Shown here piece by piece: positions 8,423 to 18,441 of a stretch of 64,000 bases of DNA (within the stretch, counting starts at the first letter, position 1; each line of letters begins with the position of its first letter). A model generated the notes under the pieces. It made no database searches. It was not told the DNA's origin and worked only from the letters and a program-made list of their open reading frames with translations. The position numbers and the translations under genes were made by a program. Origin of the DNA: Candidatus Babeliales bacterium (lineage in GTDB: Bacteria > Babelota > Babeliae > Babelales > JACPOV01); NCBI GenBank assembly GCA_050250855.1, contig JBFWNW010000004.1:128001-192000 (forward strand), written 5' to 3'.

Positions 8423-10015
8423 CTAGAATGTACCCCTAATAGTCCCTATTACGGTTGTTGATCTGAAGGCATTACGCTGCTGAATTGGCCATTGGACAGC
8501 AAAGCCCAGGGTAACATTTGGTGAAATTTCATAACTTCCTGCAGTTGTTAAGAATTGAGACATAAATTTGGTGTAGCATTCTGCCTGTTTTACTCTGAAG
8601 ACTGGTACTGATTCGCCGGCATTAGGGTCTGCTTGCGTATTTGGTATTATCACCGTAGCATTACGAACTTTTTCATTGAGTATTTTAATACTATCTTCAG
8701 CATGATTAACCACGACAAAGCTTGCAAAACCTGACAGTTTGCCAATGAACCTATATGCTCGCAAGATAACTTCAAATTGGTGGTTTTGTCCTGGTTTTAA
8801 GCGAACAGCTGTTGAAAAAGGAAATACCCCGCTTTGGGTTTCATGCGTTGGCAGGCGATAGTCATTAACATTTTTAGCACTAAAATAGGTTGCGCCACCA
8901 TTAAAGCTTATTTGGACCGTATCATAAAAATCTATATGAAAGCCGCCACTAAAACCTATAGAACTATGGCCGTCATTACCAAGAGGAACGGCAAGTGCGC
9001 TCGCGCGGTCAACTTTTCTAGTTGGGCTTACGCTGCCTTCTATATTAAAGAAAGGAATTAAGGCAAGTTCAGGCCAATCGCAACTGAGTTGATTAAGTTG
9101 GAAAATATGTCTAAACCAGACAAAAAAGCGTAAATCTTCAAAGCCACTTACGCGAAAATCACAGCGATTTTGCGTATTGCTTCTTGTTTCAATACCTTGT
9201 TCTCTGAAAATTTTATTTGCGGATGTGGAAGACATAAGGTAAGCATTGATTAGGTTAACTTCATTACACGTAAATTGAGGAGCGCTTACTAAATAGTCTA
9301 CTGGTAATCCATTACAATCAGTTTGGCATCCACAGAAAGGAGTTAAATTAATAAATTGTGTTGCCGTATTTTTTATATCAGCATAACTTCCTTGCACTAA
9401 AATACCAAAATCTACATGGGGCTGGAAGGCAAATTCAAACCGTACACCATGCTTGCGGTAATGCGTTGGGACAGAAAAAAAACCAACTTCGCGTGAAGAA
9501 TCCGTTAAGATTCTATCTGCAGGCACAATTTCGTCAGCTGTAATGGGAGGAAATAGCGCTTCTTTTGCAATACCAAGTTGTTTATTTTCTAAAGTAGTTG
9601 GAAAAACAGGGGCGCCTGTAAGTCCTGGTACGGCATTTGGCACCGGGCCATAGCACATGCCCAGCATATGCCAACGGCCTTCCAGATCTCCTAAAGCAAC
9701 TTTTTCACGATCATAATTTCTACCGCAGTTTGCTTTTTGATAAAAACCACTAAAAGCTAAGCTGCAGTGACTATCGCGTTCAACGCGGCTGCTACATGGA
9801 GTGCATACTTTTGGCTTAATGCAGCTTTTTGTATAAAGATCACCACATTCTTTAAAATTCAAAAGTGTTTTATCAAGGAGCCAAATATAGGTAGGCCAAT
9901 CAGCTGAAAATATGGGAAAGGGATCATTTTTGGCCCGTGTACTAAGACCAAATAAAGTACTACTATTTAACAAAATTATAAAAAAGGTGACCAATTTAAT
10001 AAGACGTTTCTTCAT
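8423..10015 (-). CDS. Exported Cys-rich protein, probable outer-membrane beta-barrel of unknown function
   Basis: Signal peptide, amphipathic strands in the C-terminal half, terminal Phe (IGTIRGTF), GNDGH motif shared with 25726..27477. Confidence 0.6.
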   Translation of the reverse strand: MKKRLIKLVTFFIILLNSSTLFGLSTRAKNDPFPIFSADWPTYIWLLDKTLLNFKECGDLYTKSCIKPKVCTPCSSRVERDSHCSLAFSGFYQKANCGRNYDREKVALGDLEGRWHMLGMCYGPVPNAVPGLTGAPVFPTTLENKQLGIAKEALFPPITADEIVPADRILTDSSREVGFFSVPTHYRKHGVRFEFAFQPHVDFGILVQGSYADIKNTATQFINLTPFCGCQTDCNGLPVDYLVSAPQFTCNEVNLINAYLMSSTSANKIFREQGIETRSNTQNRCDFRVSGFEDLRFFVWFRHIFQLNQLSCDWPELALIPFFNIEGSVSPTRKVDRASALAVPLGNDGHSSIGFSGGFHIDFYDTVQISFNGGATYFSAKNVNDYRLPTHETQSGVFPFSTAVRLKPGQNHQFEVILRAYRFIGKLSGFASFVVVNHAEDSIKILNEKVRNATVIIPNTQADPNAGESVPVFRVKQAECYTKFMSQFLTTAGSYEISPNVTLGFAVQWPIQQRNAFRSTTVIGTIRGTF

Positions 10016-10101
10016 TACTCTTTTCCTTTCAAAACGAAAGTAGCGTCTTGTTAATTTATAGCATCATATTCTATAAACAGTCAATCGGTAATTTTTTGAA
10101 T

Positions 10102-11295
10102 CTAGAATAAATTGGTAATAATTCCTTCTAGCGCAAAGTAAAAAATTATTAATGCAGTACCAATACCAATTACTGTTTTTATATTTCTACCAGAGGTCCA
10201 TTCTTCTTGTATAGTAAGTAAGGTAATCATTGAAGAAATAAAAGCAAAAATAAGAAATAATGCGGTGAAGCAGAAAAATAAATCAAGGTTATGCAAAAGA
10301 AGGAAACTTAAAAATATGCAGCCAGCTACAACCAAAACCATAGATTTTTGAGTTATCGTATTATTTGCAATAAGTTGTTGTATTTTTTTGCTGTTAAATT
10401 GCTTGAGGTAGGAAACAATCAGTGAGCTTCCAGACCAAATCATCGAATGTACCGTTCCAATTATTGCAGAAAGAATGGAGATATGAATGCACGTAATAAT
10501 CCAACGATTATGAGGGAAAATTGTTGCCAATATTTGAGACAGTCGAGCTCCTGATGAAAAATGCTCTAAAGGAATTGCCAAAATAAGTGAACTTACAAAA
10601 AGGAGATATAAAATACCTACCAGTGTAATGCCGAGCGTTAGAGCACGAGAAACATTTTTTTCTGGATTTTCAACAATATTAAAAAGTGAAGCAGCACATT
10701 CAAAGCCAAAAAAGCCAAATATTACTGCTTTTGTTGCGGCAAAAAGATTGGTTAATCCATGAGGCATAAATGGCGTTAGGTTAGCAAGATTTGCTTTTGA
10801 TAGGCACAATAACGTTGTTGCCAAGAGGGGAAAAATTGTGGTGCAAATAAGAATAAGCTGACCAATTTCTGAAAGCACAACCCCTTTAGTATTAAGCAAT
10901 ACAAGAACAACGAGAGTTATAATACTCCAAGTAAACGCTGAAAAGAATGGCAAGTAATCATGAAGATTTCCACCCGCTTCTTGGGTAAGTAATCCCATAG
11001 CAATAAGGAGACCAACTAAGTAAGAGCCAGCGGCAATCAAGCCACCAATATGTCCAGACCATTGTTTTGCATAAATATAAAAAGAACCTTCTTGAGGAAA
11101 GAGCTGCGCCAAGCGCGCCATAGAGCTTCCCATGAACCATACGGCAATAATAACGAAGGTAAATGTTAATATACCAGCAGGGCCAACGTTTGAAGCTAGT
11201 GCGGTAGGTACTGCAAAAATACCGGCACCTATCATGGCATTCATACCAACAATAGTAGCAGTTGCAAGGCTAATTTTTTTCGAAGAAGTGCTCAT
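10102..11295 (-). CDS. APC-family amino acid permease
   Basis: MIGAGIF, PQEGSFYIY, FGFFGFE, NPEKN motifs; many TM helices. Confidence 0.92.
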   Translation of the reverse strand: MSTSSKKISLATATIVGMNAMIGAGIFAVPTALASNVGPAGILTFTFVIIAVWFMGSSMARLAQLFPQEGSFYIYAKQWSGHIGGLIAAGSYLVGLLIAMGLLTQEAGGNLHDYLPFFSAFTWSIITLVVLVLLNTKGVVLSEIGQLILICTTIFPLLATTLLCLSKANLANLTPFMPHGLTNLFAATKAVIFGFFGFECAASLFNIVENPEKNVSRALTLGITLVGILYLLFVSSLILAIPLEHFSSGARLSQILATIFPHNRWIITCIHISILSAIIGTVHSMIWSGSSLIVSYLKQFNSKKIQQLIANNTITQKSMVLVVAGCIFLSFLLLHNLDLFFCFTALFLIFAFISSMITLLTIQEEWTSGRNIKTVIGIGTALIIFYFALEGIITNLF

Positions 11296-11374
11296 GGAGA
11301 TTCCTTAAGACCTTATCTTTTCAGATTTTTATGATATTATAAAGATTAAAAACAACTTATTTTAAGAGTTTACG

Positions 11375-11611
11375 ATGTATTGTAAATATTATCAAGCACA
11401 GGTTCTAAAAGAAAAGGCATGGTTTTTTGCTGGCATTCTGCGTAGTTTTGAACATTTGGCATTTGACCGTACTTTTGATACAGCAAACAGCATCTTTGAA
11501 TGCTTTGTTCCGCAAGAGCTTGAACCTTGCTTCCTAAATCTTATGCACTATTTTTTGCAGGAGGGAGTTGTACTTAATGTGCAAGAATTACCAAATAGAT
11601 TAAATGTATAA
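11375..11611 (+). CDS. Small hypothetical protein, DUF4911-like
   Basis: 78 aa; ILRSFEHLAFDRTFD pattern recalls DUF4911 (recognition from memory, unverified). Confidence 0.5.
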   Translation: MYCKYYQAQVLKEKAWFFAGILRSFEHLAFDRTFDTANSIFECFVPQELEPCFLNLMHYFLQEGVVLNVQELPNRLNV

Positions 11612-13045
11612 CTATTTTTTGAGCGCTTTAAATCTATTTTGAGTTTCTTGTGCCCCTAATAATACCAATAATTCTTTTATACCTGGACCACTTGGAGAGC
11701 CTGTCATTATGACGCGGAAAATTTGCCAAGTAGCTTTTAAAGGAATATTTTTTTGTTTGCAATCGTTTTTTATGGAGTCAAAAAAAAGATTAGCATCATC
11801 GGTTTTATCAAGATTATTTTCAAATAAATTAACTATAGCTTTTACTTCTGATTCAGAAGCATAGGCAAGAAGTTCTTTGTGTTCAACAGAGGGCGCTTTA
11901 AAATAAAAGCGCAAAAGACCAGGAATATCATTCAAGGTTTTAAGCTCTGGTTGTACAGCTTTTATTAACGTTGCAATCTGATCAAGGGTAAGATTTTTTG
12001 CCTCTGGATAGGCATTAATCAAAATGGGAATTGTGCGTTGAGCAAGTTTTTCTGCAGGATAATGCATGAGCCATTGATGATTGACCCATTTTAATTTTTC
12101 TACATCATACTTAATAGAACTTGTTGAATGTATAGCAGAAAAATCAATCGTTTTTATCAGGGTTGGCATATCCATGATTTCTTGTTCATACGAACTGCCG
12201 ATAATAGCCAAATAATTATTAATAGCTTCAGGTAAGAAGCCGGCTTCACGCAAATCTTGTAAAGAGAACCCAAAATCTCGTTTTGAAAGTTTTTTTCCTT
12301 CAATGTTACACATGATAGGCATATGCCAAAAAATGGGAAGAGGCATATTGAAAGCTTCATAAAGAGCTGCTTGGCATGGTGTATTTGAAATATGATCTTC
12401 GCCGCGAAAAACATGAGAAATTTTCATAACCATATCATCAATAGCATTGGCAAACATGAACGTGAAGCTGCCTGTTGATCTAGTTAAAGGAAAATCAGAA
12501 AAATGGTGCATATCAAATTCAATCGAGCCACGGGCAATATCTTGTATGCTTATTTTTTGACTGTTATCAACTTTAAAGCGCCAGATAAAGGGTTTTTTTT
12601 CCGCAAGGAAATCTTCTATGGTTTTTTGAGAAAGTTGTAAGCAGGCCCGGTCATAGCGAGGGGGTTGCTTAAGGGCTATTTGCCGCTTACGTTTTTTTTC
12701 AAGCTCTTCTGCTGAACAAAAGCAGCGATAAATGCGCTGTTGTTGCTCTAAAATATCAAGGCGTTCTTGATAGAGAGCTGTTCTTTCCGATTGGAAGTAT
12801 GATTGGTAAGGCCCTCCAACCTCAGGTCCTTCCTCAAAGGCAAGGTTGAGCCATGCCATATCATGGATTATTTTTTTTGCGCCAGGGTCAAAATTTCTTT
12901 CAGGATCAGTATCTTCTATGCGTAGAATGAATGTTCCATCCTTTTGCTTGGCAAAAAGATAATTAAAAAGGGCAGTTCGGACGCTCCCCAAATGCATGAG
13001 GCCAGTAGGAGAGGGGGCAAAGCGAACACGGATATTTTTAGTCAT
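11612..13045 (-). CDS. gltX: Glutamate--tRNA ligase
   Basis: RVRFAPSPTG.MHLG, LRIEDTD, RGEDH, KLSKR. Confidence 0.97.
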   Translation of the reverse strand: MTKNIRVRFAPSPTGLMHLGSVRTALFNYLFAKQKDGTFILRIEDTDPERNFDPGAKKIIHDMAWLNLAFEEGPEVGGPYQSYFQSERTALYQERLDILEQQQRIYRCFCSAEELEKKRKRQIALKQPPRYDRACLQLSQKTIEDFLAEKKPFIWRFKVDNSQKISIQDIARGSIEFDMHHFSDFPLTRSTGSFTFMFANAIDDMVMKISHVFRGEDHISNTPCQAALYEAFNMPLPIFWHMPIMCNIEGKKLSKRDFGFSLQDLREAGFLPEAINNYLAIIGSSYEQEIMDMPTLIKTIDFSAIHSTSSIKYDVEKLKWVNHQWLMHYPAEKLAQRTIPILINAYPEAKNLTLDQIATLIKAVQPELKTLNDIPGLLRFYFKAPSVEHKELLAYASESEVKAIVNLFENNLDKTDDANLFFDSIKNDCKQKNIPLKATWQIFRVIMTGSPSGPGIKELLVLLGAQETQNRFKALKK

Positions 13046-13166
13046 GATAATCCTTAAAGCAATGTTTTTTAAGTTGTCTCAACTGAGCCAACCAACATAA
13101 TAAAGTCTATCTCTATAGTGAAAAATCGTCTAGTTTTCAAAGAAAAACAAATCTCTTAAATTTTTT

Positions 13167-13196
13167 TTGACATAGCACTCAAGCTTTTGCTATTGT
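13167..13196 (+). promoter_or_regulatory. Putative sigma70 promoter for 13237..13521
   Basis: TTGACA-18 nt-TATTGT with extended -10 TG, about 40 nt upstream of the ATG. Confidence 0.5.
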
Positions 13197-13236
13197 TCCA
13201 CATGTTACAAAAAACCCAAAAAAAAGGAGAAGGGTA

Positions 13237-13521
13237 ATGAATCAATGTCTACATATTAGGTTTAGTCTTGACGAACCAATGCAATTTTTATATCAAGTTA
13301 TTCAGAAAAATGCTCGGGAATTAGGTATTGAAGGGATTGTACAGATGGCAAATCCTGCTCATCATGAGGTTAGGCTCCTTGCGTGTGGTAGTCGTTCAGC
13401 GATAGATGATTTTTTGGATCTTTTGCACAAGGAGGCTGCTCAAGAAATTATAAAAAACATAGAAATTGAACCTTTTGTAAAAGAAAGAGATTTTAGAGGA
13501 GTCTTCAGAGTTATAGAATAA
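13237..13521 (+). CDS. Acylphosphatase-like fold protein, catalytic motifs degenerate
   Basis: ARELGIEGIV...EVRLLACG...IDDFLDLL...IEIE...FRVI matches the AcyP pattern but GxVQGVGFR and the catalytic Asn are absent. Confidence 0.65.
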   Translation: MNQCLHIRFSLDEPMQFLYQVIQKNARELGIEGIVQMANPAHHEVRLLACGSRSAIDDFLDLLHKEAAQEIIKNIEIEPFVKERDFRGVFRVIE

Positions 13522-13532
13522 TAAAAAACCAG

Positions 13533-13573
13533 AGGGCGAAAGGTTGCTTCTATGTGCTATCTTTCGCCTTTTT
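13533..13573 (+). terminator. Intrinsic terminator
   Basis: GGCGAAAG...CTTTCGCC stem followed by a T run. Confidence 0.65.
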
Positions 13574-13658
13574 GCCTTCTATGGAGGAAAAATGGTCTAG
13601 AGCTATTTTTTAGATTTGTTACACTAGTATTCTAAAATTTATGCTCTAAGGTTATAGA

Positions 13659-16550
13659 GTGCGCATAGTTTCTTTAATCAGCTATATCATTTACTCTTCT
13701 CTATTCTTTTTGTTCTGTATGTGTCAAAGTGCATCAGTATTGCATGAAAAAGTGTTTACTTTCGACACTCTTTCCCAACAGTCGTTTGACGGTTTAGATG
13801 AACTCGTTACCACTTCATTACCTCTTGCTTCATTGACTTTTGAGAGTGATGTTTATTTTCAAAATTCGGAATTTTATGATCTTGTTGATATAAAAAAAGG
13901 ATCTGTCCTTATTGCATCTGATGTAAAGAAAACGTTGTGGTATTTAAAGCTGAAAAACAAATTTAAAAAAGCAACTATTCAATACCATTATAATCAAGAG
14001 GGCATACATCTTCACTTTATATTTGAAGGATTATGGACTTTTAATAAAGTAAAATTTTACGGAGCAGTACTAGGAAAAGATCGCTATAGGCAATATTATT
14101 CACTTGAGCCGGGAGAAGCTTTTGATATCAAAAAACATTATGATTGTTTAGAAAAGATTAAAGAGATATTTGCTCAAGAAGGATATTTTGATGCAAAAAT
14201 AGTTGATGATCTTGAGTATCGGCATGCTCTTAAGGAAGTTCGTGTTAATATTATTTTTGATCCTGGCGTTCGCTATACCATACAAAGTTTTAACTTACTT
14301 CCTGTAGGGATGGATGCTGAAACAATACAAGAGTATGAATTTATTATAAAAAAAATTCGAAGAAGAATTCATGCGAAATTTGATCACGTGCAGTTTTCGC
14401 AAGAACAAGTGGATATACATACGCAGTATGTAAAAAACTATCTAATAAAACAAGGTTTTATTAATGTGCACGTCAATCCTGAAGTTACTGCAGATTATGA
14501 AAAAAAAATAGTTTCATTAACGTTTAATGTTATGCTTTCTGAAAGAAGAAAATCTGTCTTTTTTGGCAATCAGTTTTTTTCAAAAAAAGAATTGTTGGAC
14601 CATCTTCTTGATTTTGGAGATTCTTTATATGTTTTACCCTCATCTTTATTAGTAGAAGAGCTTGTTCAGTTCTATAAGAATAAAGGTTTTTGGAACGTTT
14701 CCATACAATTAGAAAAAAAGGGGCCTGAATATTATTTTCTTATACAAGAAGGAGAAAGAGCAGTTATAACAGACTTTTCCTTAAAGGGGGTTCAGAATAG
14801 AGACGTGTGGTCTTTAGAAAAAAACTATTTTAATGCATTTTTAAAGCAGAAATATTTTGAAGCGGAAACTCTTAAGAATTGTTTAAAAAATTTTATATCC
14901 TATTATCTGCAACAAGGCTTCTGGGATGTTAAAGTTTTAAAACAGGAATATATACCACTTGCTGCAAAAAATAATTTTAAACTTGTTATAACTTTTGATG
15001 AAGGTCCTCGTCGTTATTTGAATTCGCTTTCTTTTGATGATGCTTTCTCAACGCTTCTTAACGAAGCACCTTTTGCTCGGTCTACTAAAAATTTACCTCA
15101 ACCATTTGATTTTGATATTATTCAGCAGCAGCGCCAATGGTTGCTTGCTCATTTTCAAAAGCAAGGATACCTCTACGCTGACGTATGGCCCGAGTTTTCT
15201 TATAAAGAAGATTATTATGTTGATGTAAGGTGGCATATAGATTTAAAAGAGAAGGCTGTTTCATTTGGAAAAATTATTGTAGCCGGAGCAGGAAACTTTA
15301 AGTACGACCACTTAAAGCATCGTTTAAGTTTTTATAAGGGAATGGTTTGGGATAAAAAACAACTGGAGCATTCCCTCAGTAGCCTGAGAAGCTTGAACTG
15401 TTTTGAAACAATATCAATGTATCCTTATAATATTGCAATTCCTGAGGAAGAAAAACCGATTGTCATAAAGTTAGTAGAAGATGACCCATGTGAGGCTCGT
15501 TTGAGAGTAGGTTTTGCCCAAGTTAGTAAAAATTTAACCTTTAGAGAAGGAACAACATATCGTTTAGGAGGTTCTTTTTTGTATAAAAACCCGACGCATG
15601 TAGGAGATTACTTTTTTGTTAATTCTGATGCTACGCGTTTTTATCGTTATGTTTCTGGGATGTACTTTCGGCCATGGGGTTTATATAATCCAACGAATCT
15701 TATTTTTAAGGGATATGCAAATAAATATATTCAACCCGTTAGAATAGGAAGCAACAAGCCTCTTTATAATGCAGTGCAACAAGGGTTTTTAATGGGGTTG
15801 TCAAGGCAATTTAGCTCAGTTGACTTTGGTTTGAATATGGGAATTGAGGTAATGGAGACTAAAGGTCTTTCAAAACTTCTAGCGGAAGCTATTAACTTTG
15901 AGCCTGCGTTAGTAGGAAAGGGAGTTCCCTATCTTTATTGTGAGCCTTCCATTTTTATAGATTTCCTTGATAACAAACTGAATCCAGTGGGGGGTTCATT
16001 AACTATTTTGTCTGCAAAAGGAATGTATTCCTGGCAAAGAAGTTCTGTTAACTTTTTTAAAATATTAGCCGAGCAGTTAGTTTTTATACCTTTTTATAAA
16101 TTTGTTTTAGGCTTCCGCGCTCGCTTAGGTCATATATTTAATCAAAAATTTCGTGCTATTATGCCTCCTGAGCGTTTTTATTTGGGAGGCGCAAATAGTT
16201 TGCGTAGTTATGAGCCAGATCTGGCGCCACCATTAGGGATTTTTATAGAAGAAAATGGTAAGCATTACTTTGTTCCTCAAGGGGGCAAGTCTATGTTTAA
16301 TGCCACAGCAGAGCTGAAATTCTTTTGTTACAAAAATATTGGGGTAACGGTATTTCATGATGTAGGGTATTTGTCAGATAATCATTTTAGTGATATTAAA
16401 CCTGAGTTTCTTTTAGCCGCTACGGGATTTGGGTTGCGTTATGAAACGCCGGTTGGGCCGTTACGGTTTGAAATAGGTTTTAAATGGAAAAGAAGAATTC
16501 CGGAGGAATCTCTTTATGCATGGTTCCTTACTTTTGGCAATGCGTTTTAG
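13659..16550 (+). CDS. Omp85-family (BamA/TamA-like) outer-membrane protein with POTRA repeats
   Basis: Repeated Y..xGY/F POTRA motifs, RFYLGGANSLRSY, GFGLRYETPVGPLRF, terminal FGNAF. Confidence 0.9.
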   Translation: MRIVSLISYIIYSSLFFLFCMCQSASVLHEKVFTFDTLSQQSFDGLDELVTTSLPLASLTFESDVYFQNSEFYDLVDIKKGSVLIASDVKKTLWYLKLKNKFKKATIQYHYNQEGIHLHFIFEGLWTFNKVKFYGAVLGKDRYRQYYSLEPGEAFDIKKHYDCLEKIKEIFAQEGYFDAKIVDDLEYRHALKEVRVNIIFDPGVRYTIQSFNLLPVGMDAETIQEYEFIIKKIRRRIHAKFDHVQFSQEQVDIHTQYVKNYLIKQGFINVHVNPEVTADYEKKIVSLTFNVMLSERRKSVFFGNQFFSKKELLDHLLDFGDSLYVLPSSLLVEELVQFYKNKGFWNVSIQLEKKGPEYYFLIQEGERAVITDFSLKGVQNRDVWSLEKNYFNAFLKQKYFEAETLKNCLKNFISYYLQQGFWDVKVLKQEYIPLAAKNNFKLVITFDEGPRRYLNSLSFDDAFSTLLNEAPFARSTKNLPQPFDFDIIQQQRQWLLAHFQKQGYLYADVWPEFSYKEDYYVDVRWHIDLKEKAVSFGKIIVAGAGNFKYDHLKHRLSFYKGMVWDKKQLEHSLSSLRSLNCFETISMYPYNIAIPEEEKPIVIKLVEDDPCEARLRVGFAQVSKNLTFREGTTYRLGGSFLYKNPTHVGDYFFVNSDATRFYRYVSGMYFRPWGLYNPTNLIFKGYANKYIQPVRIGSNKPLYNAVQQGFLMGLSRQFSSVDFGLNMGIEVMETKGLSKLLAEAINFEPALVGKGVPYLYCEPSIFIDFLDNKLNPVGGSLTILSAKGMYSWQRSSVNFFKILAEQLVFIPFYKFVLGFRARLGHIFNQKFRAIMPPERFYLGGANSLRSYEPDLAPPLGIFIEENGKHYFVPQGGKSMFNATAELKFFCYKNIGVTVFHDVGYLSDNHFSDIKPEFLLAATGFGLRYETPVGPLRFEIGFKWKRRIPEESLYAWFLTFGNAF

Positions 16551-16667
16551 GGGTTGGGATTCTATGAGCAATATATTAAGAGCCAATTTCACTATTTTTT
16601 TGCTTAATAATAAAAAGGGATATATACTGTTTGCAATAAGGTTATAACCACATTAAATAGGGGAAAA

Positions 16668-17378
16668 ATGGAAATAGAAACACAAAAAGGTTCCTGCCAT
16701 ACTCATGATCATGAACAAGCCTCTGTACTTTCTGAGCTTATCTGTCATTTGCCATACGCTATTTTTTCAGTTGCTTTTGGACTTATTATATTAAGTTTTC
16801 TTGCTTTTGGTGGTATGGCAGATGGTTCAAAGGCTCATGCAAAGGGCTTGCATATGTTGTTCCATTCTTTTCATTTTCTTCATATTATTTTTGCAACAAC
16901 AGGTTGTTTAGTAACTTTTTCTCGTTTTTCTTCTAACATTGTTAAAGGGCTTGTTGTTTCTTTATTTACTGCTCTTTTTTTCTGTACCCTTTCAGACGTT
17001 GTTCTACCGTATTTAACGGGAACTATGTTTGGCGTTCATATGCACTTTCATATTTGTTTATGGTCTGAATTACATAATATTGTTCCTTTTCTTTCTATTG
17101 GTCTTTTAAACGGTTTTATTCTTAGTAGGCATACAACGGTCAATAGAGCTGCCTATTCAGTAGCCTCTCATTTTGGGCATATTTTAACCAGTTCATTGGC
17201 ATCACTTTTTTATTTGGTGAGTGAAGGTTTTGCTCAGTGGAATGTCTATATGGGTATGGTTTTTGTACTCTTAATCATTGCCGTTGTTGTTCCTTGCACC
17301 TTTGCAGATGTTATTGTGCCTGTTTTATTTGCACAGATGGGAAATAAGAATGAAAAGCATCAAGCTTCAAAACATTAA
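16668..17378 (+). CDS. His-rich integral membrane protein of unknown function
   Basis: About 6-7 TM helices; His clusters; internal repeat CTLSDVVLP / CTFADVIVP. Confidence 0.7.
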   Translation: MEIETQKGSCHTHDHEQASVLSELICHLPYAIFSVAFGLIILSFLAFGGMADGSKAHAKGLHMLFHSFHFLHIIFATTGCLVTFSRFSSNIVKGLVVSLFTALFFCTLSDVVLPYLTGTMFGVHMHFHICLWSELHNIVPFLSIGLLNGFILSRHTTVNRAAYSVASHFGHILTSSLASLFYLVSEGFAQWNVYMGMVFVLLIIAVVVPCTFADVIVPVLFAQMGNKNEKHQASKH

Positions 17379-18441
17379 TAAATCATATAACAATGAACCT
17401 GTTCTTGAAAATTTAAACTTAACAATACCAGCAGGTAAATTTTTTGCTTTATTAGGGCCGAGTGGTTGTGGAAAAACAACAATCCTTCGTATGGTTGCTG
17501 GTTTTGAGCATCCCAATTCAGGTAAGATATTTTTGGGCGACGAAGATATTACTGATATTCCTGCCAATGAACGCCACATTAATACTGTATTTCAAAACTA
17601 TGCATTATTTCCTCATTTAAATGTTTTTGATAATGTTGCTTTTGGCTTGCGTATCAAAGGCGTAGCAAAAGACATTATAGAATCAAAAGTTATAAAAATA
17701 TTACGTGCAGTCCACTTGGATGCTCATATATATAAATCTATAAGTCAGTTATCTGGTGGTCAAAAACAACGCGTTGCTATAGCTCGTGCTATTATTAATG
17801 AGCCGGAAGTTCTTCTTTTGGATGAGCCGCTAACAGCGCTTGATCCAAAGTTGCGTGAAGCATTGCTAATTGAGCTGATTGATCTGCAAACAACGCTTAA
17901 AACAACATTCGTGTATGTTACGCATGATCATTTTGAAGCACTAACAGTTGCAGATCAGCTTGCGATTATGAATGAAAATGGTGAAATAGAACAGATAGGA
18001 ACACCTGAACAAATTTATGAATTTCCTGTTTCTACGTTTGTTGCAAAATTCGTTGGCACGACAAATCTTTTCCAAGGAAGATTGCGCTCTGAGCAAGGAG
18101 AAATGTTTATTGATGCAGCTGGCTTAGGTGTGATGAAAGTTTTAGCCCCTGAAAAAAAAGATTGGGTGCAAGATGGAAAGGAAGCATTTTTAAGTTTGCG
18201 TCCAGAAAAAATTTTGATTTCAAAGAAGCAAGAAGAAGGTTTTGCCAATAAGTTAGCCGGTATTGTTGAAGCTATTGTGTATCACGGTCGCTCTACGCAA
18301 TATAATATTCGCCTTTCCAATGGACAACTTGTTCATGTTTTTGAGCAGAATGAACTTCATTTTACCAAAGAAACTATTGATTATCATGATTCTGTTATGT
18401 TGTATTGGCAGAAAGAAAACGCAGTTTTATTGGAGCGATAA
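17350..18441 (+). CDS. potA: Spermidine/putrescine ABC transporter ATP-binding protein
   Basis: GPSGCGKT, VFQNYALFPHL, LSGGQ, LLLDEP; start placed at MKSIK (17350). Confidence 0.92.
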   Translation: MKSIKLQNINKSYNNEPVLENLNLTIPAGKFFALLGPSGCGKTTILRMVAGFEHPNSGKIFLGDEDITDIPANERHINTVFQNYALFPHLNVFDNVAFGLRIKGVAKDIIESKVIKILRAVHLDAHIYKSISQLSGGQKQRVAIARAIINEPEVLLLDEPLTALDPKLREALLIELIDLQTTLKTTFVYVTHDHFEALTVADQLAIMNENGEIEQIGTPEQIYEFPVSTFVAKFVGTTNLFQGRLRSEQGEMFIDAAGLGVMKVLAPEKKDWVQDGKEAFLSLRPEKILISKKQEEGFANKLAGIVEAIVYHGRSTQYNIRLSNGQLVHVFEQNELHFTKETIDYHDSVMLYWQKENAVLLER

